A DNA stretch of 64,000 nt, taken from the NCBI RefSeq assembly GCF_963921235.1, contig NC_086107.1, positions 62,186,001 to 62,250,000 of the forward strand, written 5' to 3'. Every line of letters begins with the position of its first letter. The first letter of the stretch is position 1. The stretch comes from Mobula hypostoma. Taxonomy: Eukaryota. Below the pieces are notes generated by a model that was not told the origin of the DNA, searched no databases, and saw nothing but the letters and a program-made list of their open reading frames with translations. The position numbers were made by a program, and so were the translations under genes. Positions 12,006-24,180 of the stretch are shown here, piece after piece.

Positions 12006-12744
12006 ACAGTAGGGGCAGCGGCTCTCCAAGCTATGGCAGTGTGCTGCTTTGCATACAACAAACAAGATGTTGGGCTGGCGATGGGAATACAAGCCTACAT
12101 CACTCCTCCTTCCCTCTGAAAACCTTCACAGATGCATTAAATTTTACTTTCACGTCATTCATTCGATAACTACCAAGCTGGTGCGCAGCGACAGTTGCAG
12201 GTTTAATCCCCAGAGGGCTTGGGCCGGAATCTGACTGATGCTGATGCTGATTTGATTTAAATGTGTTAATAAGGAAGCTTACAAGTAGAGAAAGGATTCA
12301 ATTTCAGATGCAACACAGCTGAATGTGTTGGTATTCTCAGCTGTCATATACTTGGATAGAACTGCTAGGGTGGGGGAGAAATTCTCATTGTTCTTTATCC
12401 AAACTCTCATCCTCCTTCACTTTCCATCTTCTGACCTAGCAATGCAGGCCAATGTAACATCCTTATTGGCAGTGTTAAGTGCAAGTTCTTAAATAATCTC
12501 AGACCAGGAATTAGAGTATTTGTGCTGTGTATATCAAGGCATGGGTTATATTTAATTCATAACTCTCCTTGATACCAGTTGACTTTGACATTAATTGAGG
12601 TCTGTGGCATTGTGATGGAGTTATGAGTTGATTGGGTGAGGACCTCCTACTTTGGTCCTCCACAGTTAGAATCATCAGCTTTAGTCACAGTAACCTGTTA
12701 GGGTGTCAAATAGTGCTATTAGATGGGAAAGGATGGGGGAATAG

Positions 12745-12860
12745 CACACAGATGCCACTTTATTAGGTACCCCTTTACCCAATAAAGTGACGATTGAGTG
12801 TGTATTTGTGGACTTCTGCTGCTGTAGCCCAGTTATTCCAAATGTGCAAACATTGTGTTT
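12745..12860 (-). mobile_element. End of a Tc1-derived non-autonomous element (two TIRs back to back)
   Basis: gccactttattaggtac-ccctt-tacccaataaagtgacgattgagtgtgta, followed by the reverse complement of the ctacagcagc segment seen at 22430. Confidence 0.7.
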
Positions 12861-12971
12861 GTTGTATTTGTTGGCACTGGTGCCCTGGCGGTTTCAACTG
12901 TGCTTTGTTGCTTGTGTATCACTAATCAACTAGCGATTCTATGACATCAATATTAGGCACAATAGGAGTAG

Positions 12972-14530
12972 GATATCCATACTGAGCTCCCAGTTGCATG
13001 CCCTTTCAAGTCTCCTTATTTGCCCAGCCACCTGTCTGTCCTTAGCCTTTCTCACTACTAGTCTGAGGCTAAATACACACTAAAAGAACAGAAGCTTATA
13101 TTCTTCCTGAATAGTCTACAACCCAATGGTATGAACATTGAATTTCACTATTTCAGATAACCCAAACCCTTGAGTGCCTTTCTCAAAATCAGAATCAGAA
13201 TCAGACTCACTGGTGTATACTGTGAAATACCTTATTTTGCTGCAGCAGTACTTTGCAATACATCTGACAGCCGTGGTGAAGAAGCTGTTCCCAAAATGTT
13301 GAGTGTGTGTCTTGTGGCTCCTGTACCTCCTCTTTGATGGTAGCAATGAGAAGAGGGCACATCCTGTGTGGTGGGGGTCCTTAATGATAGATGCCATTTT
13401 TTTGAGGTAAGGCTTTTTGAAGATTAGGCCTCGATACTGGGGAAGATAATACCCATAATGGAGCTAGCTGAGCTTGTGACTTTCTGCAGTTTTTTCCAAT
13501 CCTGCGCGGTGGTCCCTCCATACCAGACAGAGAGCCAGTCAGAATGCTCTCCACAGTACACCTGCAGAAATTTGTGAGAGTCTTTGGTGACATATCAAAT
13601 TTTTCTTCAATTCCTAATGAAATATATCTGCTGCTGTGCCTCCTTTGTAATAGTATGAATATGTTAGACCCAGGATAGATCTTCAGAGATGTTGACACCC
13701 GTGAACTTGAAAGCGCTCATCCTTTCCATTGCTGATCCCTTGATGAAGACTGATGTGTGCACCCTTAACTTCCCTTTCCTGAAGTTCACAATCAATCCCT
13801 TGGTCTTACTGATGTTGAGTACAAAGTTGTTGTTTCAACACCACTCACCAGCTGATCTATCTCACTCCTATACGCCTCCTCATCACCATCCATAGTTGGG
13901 TCCTCAGCAAATCTATAGATGACATTTGTGCTGTGCCTAGCTACACAGTTGTGGGTGTAGAGAAGGTAGAGCAGTGGGCAAGTTCGCCCAGTGATGATTG
14001 TCAATGAGGAGGAGATCTCTCTCTCTCTCTCCTTCTGATACATTTTCACCCCTAATTTCCAACAATGCATGCCCCTCTTAGCTCCCCATTACCTGGTTAT
14101 TCCTCTCTCCATCTGTTTCAATCTGCCCATCATCCACAGTTTTAACCTACGGGGACTTTTATCCCCTCCTCCAACTGATTCCTCCTGCTTATAACCCCTC
14201 TTTCTTTGGTTCCACTTCTCACCTTCCCTACTCAGCAGTTCCCAAAATCTACTGCCCTTTGTTGTTCCTCTTTCTCATCTTCCAGCCTCTGCCTCTTCTT
14301 CCACCTGGGTCCACCTACCCATCAAATCCCTCCTCATGTTCCCACTCCTCTAGGCTGCCTACCCCTGCCTGACCCCTTCCTCTCTTTGTTCTGGCAATTT
14401 CCTCTCTACATTCTCAGTTCTGATGCAGGTTCTTAACCTGAAGTATGAAATATCCCTCTGCATCCACAGATGCTGCCAGAACCATCAAGTTCTTACAGCA
14501 ATTTGTTTTTGCTTTAGACTCCAAAATCTC
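12972..14530 (+). mobile_element. Old Penelope-like element 3' part (GIY-YIG C-terminus, pyrimidine-rich 3' UTR, decayed hammerhead), split by a LINE insertion
   Basis: 12972-13160 reads ELPVACPFKSP...LSVLSL...SEAKYTLKEQKLIFFLNSLQPNGMNIEFHYFR* (PLE EQxLIFxLxxLQPxGMNIEF end). The element resumes at about 14040 with a CT-rich UTR and cagttctgatgcagg...gatgctgcc at 14414-14480. Confidence 0.78.
13187..14015 (-). mobile_element. Rex1/Babar-like LINE 3' fragment inserted in the PLE
   Basis: IIKDPHHTGCALFSLLPSKRRYRS...GNSFF; KTLTNFCRCTVESILTG; YRFAED...DEEAYRSEI; (ATCAGA)n tail. Confidence 0.88.
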
Positions 14531-16536
14531 TTGAGTTTCAAGAGTTAGGTTTAAGGCTGGTACTTAGTTACTATCAATGATTCCATTAAGTATACCCTCT
14601 GACTATGTTGCTCTGTATTCTCTAACAAAAACTCTCACAGTTAAATCTAAAACAGGAATTATAGCTGCCTTGGTGAGACATCAGAGAATATTAATGCTTC
14701 TGATGCAATAGCTAAAAAGACATTTTTGGAGAGTGAAGGCTGTATAATAGAAAGGATAACTGTTCTTCGAGACTCCAGTATTCTGGAGATTTTAACAACC
14801 TTCCTTTGGTTACCTATGTGTTTTGCCACTTTAATAAATCATTTTTGAACTGGAGAAAGTCTAATTTTTGCACTTCCAAGAGGGACAGTATAAGCATGAT
14901 TTCAAAGGGCAGATTGAAAACGGTGACCCAGTGGATCAAGGGCTAATGTTAGGATCTGTTGAGAGGTGAGATACAAAGTGGGAATGCACACCATGTTCAG
15001 AGCTGATGGAGACTTGACACATGGCCGATAAAAAAGATTTCAAAACAGTGGTCATTAGGACAAGGAATTTAGGTACGGATCAGAGATTTATGGTTTAATG
15101 GAATGAAAGGATGAGTGGAACTGGCTCCACAAAATCCAAACAGAAACAATAACTCCTACAGCAATCATGAGCATGGATTTCATATTAGAATATTGAATTG
15201 TTCCTGTAAATGGGTGTGACATATTAATGGGACGCTTTTTTATTCTTTCTCAGTAGTTTGTTGGGAGAGGCATAGTGTAATATTCTGGTTATTCTCCACT
15301 ATTTTAGTTTGATTCGTGACTTACAGTGAATGAATCATTAATTCTGCTTGGCCTTTGTTCTTCCCTCCTTCTGATTCAGCATCATTGTGTCCATGATCTT
15401 TAATAGTCCCCACTTTGCTTCCACACTGTTATTTTCAGAAGCCATTTATTAAAGCTTCTCTTCAAATGTTCCTTTCCCCGCCCCATTTCTGATGCTTCCT
15501 TTTTCCATCAGCTGAATGCCTGTTGTTTTCCTTAACTCAGTATCATCTGTGAGTGATGAACATGCGCTGCTGAAAAAAATGCCTCCATCAGAATTTCTAT
15601 AAGGATCCTCTGGTTTTCTCCTATAACCAACACAACTGAACAGAACTGTGTAAACAATCATGGAAATTTTAGGAGCTTTATTTTTGTTTCCTTATGGATT
15701 TCTGTCATAGCTTAAAGCATTTTAGTTCTTCGAAAACTCTGTCTCAAAATGCTGTCTAGAGCTGCAAGCTGGGAAAACTGGTCCTGCCATTTTGACTAAA
15801 CAAAGGGCAAAAATAAAGTGATCTCACACAACCAATTACTGGCCAGTGTAGACATTGTGAAAACAAACCGTTGACATGCAGTGCTAGGAGCAATTAATGT
15901 ATATCAGGGGGTTATTAATTAATAGCATAATCTAATCAGCTGCTCCAACACAGGCAGCACTTACTGAATGCTTCCATTGTCAAAATAAAGCCCTTCCCTC
16001 AGCTTGCCTTTCCAAAGCCAAGAGTATATTTCTAGTAGTTATATGGATTTCAGAATCACAGCTCTTAACTAAGATTTACACTCAGTCATAATAGAATCAA
16101 AGGCAAGGCTTCAAAGCAACTGACATGGATCAGTGAGTGATCCCCTTTAGAGAAGCACTTTGTATTTTTCTAAGATAAATTGACAAACAAAACGAAGGGG
16201 AAGATCACCAATTGACGGCTTTCCTCTGCCTACCCTTTTACAAAATGGTTCACATCTACACTACTGTTTGGATGACTTCACGGATACACCACTCCTGCTC
16301 ACTCTTACAGATGATGGTCTGAAGGAACTTGGCAGGAGACGAGTCCATCAAAAACTGGCTGGTGTGACTGATATTATTTCTTTGACGTGGGTAATGGATG
16401 AAAACCGAACATAAATTGAGAGGCAACATGCAGATCTGATTTGCTCAGGGCTTATTATTTCATTTACTTTACCAGTTTGTAGGAAGCATTAGGGATACAA
16501 CCGATGTTTGGTGAATGAAGAAATTGTTACAAATGG

Positions 16537-17008
16537 CAATGCACACAAAATGCTGGAGGAACTCAGCAGGTCAGGCAGCATCAATGGAAAATAATAAACA
16601 GTCGATGTTTCAGGGTGAGACCTTTCAGCAGGAAAGAAACAGAAATGAAATGAATTTCAGCAGAAATGAAAGCACAGTCGAGGTTTTGAGCTGACGTACT
16701 TCATCAGGACCGGAAAGGAAGTGGGAAGAAGCCAGAACAAGAAGGTGGGGTGGGAGGGAAGGGAAACAGAAGGAGTACAAGCTAGAAGGTGATAGGTGAA
16801 ACCCGGTAAGTGGGGGAGGGGGATGAAGTAAGAAGCTGGCTTCTTATTCTGGCTTCTTCCCTCTTCCTTTCCGGTCCTGATGAAGTACGTCAGCCCAAAA
16901 CCTCGACTGTTCTTTCATTTCTATAGATACTGCCTGGCCTGCTGAGTTCCTGCAGAATCTTGTGTGTGTTGTTCTCGATTCACAGCATCTGCAGAAATTC
17001 TTGTGTTT
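16537..17008. mobile_element. Composite PLE fold-back terminus with mutated hammerheads
   Basis: Minus-oriented segments 16537-16633 and 16663-16840 plus a + arm 16841-17008; degenerate TSD attgttacaaatgg (16523-16536) / attattataaatgg (17009-17022). Confidence 0.82.
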
Positions 17009-17850
17009 ATTATTATAAATGGACCTCTTTCTTTCCTGTGCAGCTTAGAAAGATATATGGACATGCAAGAAATTTACCACAGAAGATCTTGAGTGGACAG
17101 GGTGGGATGTGGTAGGAATATCTGGAAAACTTCTCACTGATTCCCTTTACTGATCAAAACCAATCCAGGAGATAACATTGATTAACATGACAAGGTACAG
17201 CATTTCCTGCTTGCTCCGCCATTAGCGAGACGACCACCCACCACCGCGCCCCCCCCCCCCCAAGCCAAATACAACTCTTTGCCAGTCAGAAAAGAGAATC
17301 CAAACGTTGAACTTTGGAGTACCTGCTCAGGCATTCTCCCTTGATATTAATTTAACTTAACTTAATTTATAAAATGCATCTGCAGTGCAGCAGTACAAAA
17401 TAACCTTTAAGGCCTTGGATTATTTCATTGGATCAAATTTCCAGCTTAGTGAAAGAAACTATGAAAGCAGCGTGTGTAAATAATTGAAATCAGGCTTGTC
17501 AGCAAAAGGATTTTGAGTGGTAATCCTTATAATGAAACAGAACCATGCAAATGCGATGAGCGAATTATATTGCTGTCTAGGAAGTGGTTAAGATTTCTTT
17601 AGTTTCCTCCTTTCCCCAAACTTCTTGCCGTGATTTGTCTTGTAACAACTTGTTCACCCCTACTGCTTCAGTATGGAAGTAACATAAAGATTTCACTCTA
17701 CACCTATTCTGGTATAAATTTCAAGGCTTCATCATCAGGTTTAGCATCTGTAAACAAACGTTTCATTACTTACAAGCTGAAGTTTATTTATATTCTCCAA
17801 ACCTTTTGCACGTACATTTGTTACCTTTTTCTCACAACAATTTCTGGTCG

Positions 17851-17990
17851 TAAACACAAGAAGGTCTGCAGATGCTGGAAATCCAAAGCAACACACATAA
17901 AATGCTGGAGGAACTCAGCAGGCCAGGCAGCATCAATGGAAGTGAATAAACAGCTGATGTTTCATTCCGAGACCCTTCTTTAGGACAGGG
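17851..17990 (-). mobile_element. PLE terminus (older subfamily), hammerhead decayed
   Basis: ctgcagatgctggaaatcc...aaatgctggaggaactcagcaggccaggcagcatc...gagaccctt. Confidence 0.8.
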
Positions 17991-18007
17991 GTCTTTGTTT
18001 GGTTGTG

Positions 18008-19370
18008 TCAGAATCAGGTTCAATATCACTAACGTATCGTATGTTGTGAAGTATGTTGTTTTGTGGCATTGCAATACATAATTTAAAAAACACTATAAAT
18101 TGCATTAAGAAAAATGAAGTAACTGTTGCAAAAAGAGAGCAGCAATAAGAAAAAAAAAGTAAGGTGGTTTTCATGGGTTCTTGTTCATTCAGAAATCTGA
18201 TGGCAGAGGGGAGAAGCTGTTCTTAAAATATTGAGTGTGTGTCTTCAGGTTCCTGTACTTCCTTCTTGAGGCAGCAATGAGAAGAGGGCATGTCCAGGGT
18301 GATGGGAGTCCTTAACGATGGATGCTACTTTTCTGAGGCATCACCATTTGAAAATGTCATTGATGCTAGGGGGGCTAGTTCCCATGATGAAGCTGGCTGA
18401 GTTTGCAACTTTCCACAGCTTTTCGGGTTCTATGCAGTGGCCCCTCCATTGAAGATGGTGATACGACCAATTAGAATACGCTCCACAGTACATCTGCAGA
18501 AATTTGTGAGTGTCTTTGATGACATTGCAAGTCTTCTCCAACCTCTTATGAAATATAGCCAATTTTGCTTTTATGACTCCTTTGTAATTGCATCAATATG
18601 TTGGGCCCAAGTTAGATCTTTTAAGATGCTGACACCCGGGAAAGTGAAACTGCTCACTCTTTCCACTGTTGATCCCTTGATGAGAACTTGTGTGTGTTTC
18701 CTTAACTTCCCCTTCCTGAAGTCCAAAATCAGTTCCTTGGTCTTACTGACATTGACTATAAGGTTGCTGTTTCAACATCACTCAGCTAGCTGATCTATCT
18801 CACTCTGGTGCAGAGATTACAGGGTCACCAGATGCTCTAGGGATTCAAACAGTTGTAGCTTTATTTTCCCTTATAATGCATGCATAAAAGGTGTTGAGCT
18901 CATCTGGGAATGAAGTATCACAGCCATTCATAATGTTAGGTATTGCCTTGTAGGAAGTAATGCCCTGCATACTCTGCAGAGCTGACATGTGTCTGATTCC
19001 ATTCCTAACTTCAATCAGAATTCTTTTCACACTCTTAAAGTAGCTTTCTGTAGGTCCTCCACCTCCCGTGGCCATACCCTCCAGGTCCTCACCATTGGTG
19101 CTGAAGTCATTAGTCTCTGCCTATATACCGGGAGTGGAAGTACAGTCAGGTGATCAGTCTTTCCAAAGTGCAGGTGTGCGATGGCACAAAAGTGTTCTTA
19201 ATGCTGGTGCAACAGTGGTCAAGTGTATTGACTTCTATGGTTCCACAGGTGATATGCTGGTGGTAGTTGTTGAAAGACTTCTTCAAGCTGGCCTGTTTGG
19301 GAAGACATCGGGGGCACAGTTTCATGCATGCTGATTGCATTGCTCAGTTCCTCCAGTGCCTGCCTGGAGT
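18008..19370 (-). mobile_element. Rex1/Babar-like LINE, internally deleted
   Basis: tcagaatc tail; RT C-terminal relics at 18200-18800; tether and endonuclease relics QGITSYK...SFPDELNTFY and QHITCGT...NTLDHC. Confidence 0.85.
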
Positions 19371-19429
19371 TGGCCTGAGGTGGAATATACACTGCTACCA
19401 GGATGATGGTGGAAAACCCTCTCCACAGA

Positions 19430-20575
19430 TAAAATGGATGACACTTGAAAGGTTATCACCTTCCAAAATTATATCTTCTGGAATAGTTTCTGCAGATCGA
19501 AAGGTAGTAAATATGACCACAATTTAAGAAAGGGAGAAGAGGGAAAACTGTTAGTCTAAAATAGGTACAGTAGTTGTGAAAAGAGCTGGAATGTATCATA
19601 GAAGGGGTGGTATCAGGACACATGGAAAATAATAATAGAACCAGACAGAGTCAGCATGGCCTTAAGTAGAAATCATGTTTAATTAGCCATTTGGAGTTCT
19701 TTGAAATACATCTCGCAGAACACACAAGGCAGAATCAATGACTATGTTGTGTATTTGAAGCTTCAGAAGGCTCTTGATAAAATTCCAACCAGAAACTTGA
19801 ACAAAGTTAGAGCATCTGGGATTAGAAATAATATATTAGTATGGACCAAAAGTTCATTGGCAAGTGAAAAACAATGAATGGGATTAAGTAGATTGGCATA
19901 CCGTCTTCCTATCAATTCCCATGAAATTTTAAATTCACTGCACATAAGGGGCAATAAAACAATAAACAATGTCCATGTCTGTGAGGAAATCAGAGCACCT
20001 TGGATAAAACCTATTCTGCCATAGGATGAACATGCAAACTCCACACAAACAGTGTCCATAGCTGGACTTAATGGAGCCATGAAGCGGCAGCTTCACTAGC
20101 TGCACCACGATGCTGTTGATAGTAATCATTTCTTGATCCCCATCTCCTCAAAACTATACGAGTGATTTTGGTGAAGACCTCATTTGTAAGATTTCTAGTT
20201 TCCTGAAGACATGAAGCTAAGTGGGAATATGAGTACCAATGAGGATGCCCGGAGGCTTTAAGAGAATATATGCAAGACAAGTGAATGAGTAACAACGTAG
20301 CAAATGGAAAAAAGTGAGATCGAATGTCAATAAAATGATTAGAAATGTTGAGTACTTTTTGATGGTGAAAAACTGGCAAATGTTGGTTATCAAAGGGACT
20401 TGGGTGTCCTTGTACACAAATTATTGAAAGTTAATGTGCAGCGCAGTAGTTACTTAAGACAGCAAATTGTATGTAAGTCTTATTTCAAGAGGATATGAGA
20501 ACAAGAGTAAAGGTATCTTACTGAAGTGACCATACCTAAATCATTACCTAAAATTCTGGACTTCTTATCTAAAGA
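19430..20575 (+). mobile_element. Old CR1 ORF2 fragments interrupted by a minus-strand V-SINE (about 19960-20115)
   Basis: agacagagtcagcatgg...aaatcatgttt, tttgaagcttcagaaggctcttgataa (DFQKAFD-like), caaagggacttgggtgtccttgtacac. Confidence 0.7.
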
Positions 20576-20581
20576 TATACA

Positions 20582-22490
20582 TACACTCAGTGGCCATCCG
20601 TACATCTGCTCATTAATGCAAATATCCAATCAGCCAATCATGTGGCAGCAACTCAATGCATGGTAAGCATACAGGCATAGTCAAGTGGTGCAGTTCAAAG
20701 GTTTCTAAGGTACATTTAATATCAGAGAAATGTATACAGTATACATCCTGAAATGCTTTTTCTTCACAACCATCCACGAAAACAGAGGAGTGGCCCCAAG
20801 GAATGAATGACAGTTAAATGTTAGAACCCCAAGGTCCCCCCCCCCCAGCTCCCCTCCCTCCCGCACATAAGGGGCAGCAAGCAACAATCCCCCCTCCCCT
20901 TAGCAGCAAAAAAGAGCATCAGCACACGCCACCGAGCACTCAAGTGTGAGCAAAGCAACAGCAAAGACATAGACTTGCAGTACTCCAAAGACTACTCGTT
21001 CACCCGGTATTCGACATACCACAGGCTCTCTCTCTCTCTCCCTAATAAAGGAGAAAGAGGTGTTCCTGTTTCACAGTGAGAGGGGAGACATAACAAACAA
21101 CTCACTGGTTTACGATGTTAGAAGTCGCTTTTTCCAAGCTCTGTGCTCAAAGATCTCGGGTCTCTGAGCACACAGCCTTCGATCTTCCGCCTCCTATGAC
21201 ACACCAATCTCCTGTCCAGGAGATCTCGGACCTCTGAAGCCGTGCCCTTGGCATGCCGAATAACGGCCAGTCGTGAAACCCTGAGAGCGGGTCCCATTCC
21301 CGCAAAGAACCGTAGTCAGCGTATAACTCCAGGTCAGGGTCTTCAGAAGAACCCTGAAAGAGAAAAATAGAGCTATTAAAGATAGAGATAGAGCTGTTTC
21401 CAAAGATGCAAGCAAATGAGTTACCGTTAGGCGCCATTGACTCTCCTAAGCTCCTCCTCCTAAGAGGCTGTTGTTAAGATCAAACATCAGAACGGGGTAG
21501 AAATGTGATCAAAGTGACTTTGATCTTGGTGCCAGGCAGAATGGTTTCAGTATCTCAGAAACTGCTAATCTCTTGGGATTTTCACGCTCAACTGTCTCTA
21601 GAGTTTTGAGAGAATGCGGGTGAAAATGCCATGTTAATGAAAGAGGTCAAAGGGGAATGGCCAGATTAGTTCAAGCTGACAGGTATGCGACAATTTCAAG
21701 ATACCATTGGCAATATACAATGACGTTTTGTGGGCAGCTCACTGAACTACTAGATACTGTACTAGACCCACTTCTTCTAAACTATGAACGCTGCAATTCA
21801 CAGCCTGTAAATTCTCCTTAAGAAACATATTTTTTGAACTATCTAAACAAACTAGCAATTTTATGATCTCCTGAAGGATTTGGTGAACTTGACTCTCAGG
21901 ATGCAGTTATGGCCCCTTGAAGCGAACAACATTCACCCATTGCCAGAACAGAGAGAGACGAGACAATTAAAGCATTGAGCAAGATTAGAGTGTCAAGGCC
22001 TGAGAGCAGAAAATGAACCAGTGTTCAGCCCCACAACTTCAGGCCAGTCAAGATCCCTTACTTGAGCCCCTCTTGTCTGCCTGAATTTGATGTGTCTTGC
22101 TCTTCTTGTTACTACCATTGGATGGGAGATGCAGAAGAATTGGGTTCCACACCACTAGGTTCAGGAGCAGTGGATGGCTTCACTTGTCTCACTGCTGAAC
22201 TGATTACACAGTCCGTAAACTCACTTTCAGGGACTCTGCTTGGTTTTTCATGGATTCTATTGTATTTCTTTCTTTCATTTCCTGTGAATGCCAACAAGAA
22301 AATGAATCTTGAGGATGTATATGGTATACATACTTCGATAATAAATTGTATTTGAACTTTGGATAGTAACTCAAATAACTATGCAATACAGTAGTAGTGT
22401 GCAGATGAATATCTCTGAGTGAGGTGGATGGACTACAGCAGCTGAAGGCAACGATCATACACTCAGTGGCCACTTTATTAGGTACAGGAG
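20582..22490 (+). mobile_element. Tc1-derived non-autonomous element split by two insertions
   Basis: TIR tacactcagtggcca at 20582; HTH-region relic tctcagaaactgctaatctcttgggattttcac at 21553; second TIR-like copy at 22458-22486; colinear with 39067-39588. Confidence 0.78.
20693..21460 (-). mobile_element. Unclassified retroposon (~770 bp) inserted in the Tc1 derivative
   Basis: LINE-type tail (ttcaaagg...aggtacatttaat); CpG-retaining body; interrupts the colinear Tc1 sequence. Confidence 0.6.
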
Positions 22491-22683
22491 ACACTTAGGA
22501 TGGTAATTGAGCATACGTGCTATAAAGGGAATGTAACAAAGATTAATTTGACTGGTTCTTGAGAGGATGGGTTTGCCATATCAGAAGAGGCTTGTCCCTA
22601 ATCTTAGAAAAAACTAAGTGATGGCTAAATGAGTGGACAACAACAAGTCTTTTAACTCAGAGTCCATTAGTCACTGGAAAGTC

Positions 22684-22900
22684 TGTGCTGTGCTGGTGGT
22701 GTAGTGGCATCAGCACTGGACTTTGAGGTGGATGGTCCTGAGTTCGAATCCGGCCGGGTCTCAGCCTGGACAGCACAGTATTTATGTGGAAGATCTGCTT
22801 CTGTATCTTGCCAACTACACTATCATCTCTCCTCCAGTAAAGCAGAAAATCATAAAAAGCAGAAGATTTACACAATACTAGACTGAACATATATTTTTGG
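22684..22900 (+). mobile_element. tRNA-derived SINE
   Basis: A box TGGTGTAGTGG at 22697-22707 and B box GAGTTCGAATCC at 22740-22751; no complete cloverleaf. Confidence 0.7.
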
Positions 22901-23600
22901 TGAGATCTGACCTCCAGTAACAAAAGGAAAACATTTTTAATCCCTAAGAAATGACAAAACTATTGATTTGATATAGGTAGTTGAGAAAATGCTGGAATCT
23001 ATAATAAAACAAGTAGTATCAATTCTCTTAGAAAATAAGAATGGAATTAGGCAAAGTCGGCAATATCTTATGAACTAATCAATTGGAGATAATTGAAAAA
23101 GTATTTAGTAGAATTGATAAGGGCCAATCAGTGAATGTGGTGTGTTTGAATTTATGAAGAACTTTCGACATGGTTCCATATACTAGGAGTTTGCATTTCA
23201 GGTTGAAGAGCATCTGGAATTTGGCATAATGTTAAACCATTGATGTAAAGTCGATTAACAGATGGAAAACAGTTTTTTGCAACAAATGATATTGAATCAG
23301 CAGCCTGTTTTAAATCTCTTCCAAATTTTCTGGCATTGGCCAAACACCGGAGACTGTGTACGAAAATTAGTACCATTTATTAAAGTTTCTAAAATTCCAT
23401 GAATCAATTTATCTTGAAATGCAACAGTGATTCAGATTCAGATTTTGTTTAGTTTATTATTATATACACCAGGGGACAGGGAATTTCCTTGTTTGCAAGA
23501 AGCTCACAGAGTGGCAAGATATGGTTACAATGCCACTCCAGGTTAAAATGGAGCCTTCTATTCTTAAGTATACTTATTGAGTGAGTATAATAATACTTCT

Positions 23601-23837
23601 GCTACATAGAAAGTGCTGGAGGAAATTAGTGGTCAGGCAGCATCAATGAAGGAAAGTAGACAATCAACATTTCAGGTTGAGATCTTTCATATGGACTGAA
23701 TTAAAAGTCTGGATGAAGTGTCTTGACCTGCATGTTGGCTGTTCATTTCCCTCCATAGATGCTGCATGACTTATTGAGTTCTTCCAGGGAATTGTGCTCT
23801 TCTTCAAATTTCAGCATCTGGAGTCCCTTGTGTCTCC
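23601..23837. mobile_element. Old PLE fold-back terminus
   Basis: Degenerate inverted arms around 23700 (gtgctggagga...ggcagcatc / gatgctgc...cagcatctg). Confidence 0.72.
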
Positions 23838-23909
23838 ATAACACATCAGCTACTGATTTCTAACCTGTTTTTCTAAGAGCTGAATTCAGCACAATAGTTT
23901 TACCTTGGG

Positions 23910-24180
23910 TAAGGCAGTGGTGCAGCTAGTAGGACTGCTCTCTTATCGCTCCAGGAACTCCAGTTCAAACGTGACCTCCGGTGCTTTTTGTGCTAAATTT
24001 TCAGGCTCTCTTAGTGCTCCAAGGACAACCAGCTCACCACATAAATGGCTATAGTCAATTGTCCCAGGTATTGGTGGGTAGCAGGAGAACTGGGAGCTGC
24101 GAGGGGAAAGTGGGAATAGTACAATTCAGTGTCCAGATGGTGGGTCAAAGGTCTTGCCTCCATATGCCCTATGACCCAAC
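23910..24180 (+). mobile_element. V-SINE-like element (decayed)
   Basis: ggcagtggtgcagctagtaggactgct...ccagttcaaacgtgacctccggtgct head and a CR1-like tail. Confidence 0.6.

Noticed and set aside
16311-16390. Cryptic + strand exon (ttacag|ATG...TGG|gtaatg) within a 76-codon open frame
   Set aside because: No similarity to the KCNQ1 exon-11 peptide; 80 nt would frameshift; open frames of this length arise by chance.
22684-22760. tRNA gene
   Set aside because: A and B boxes are present but there is no consistent acceptor or anticodon stem, and it continues into a SINE body; the same applies to 28691.
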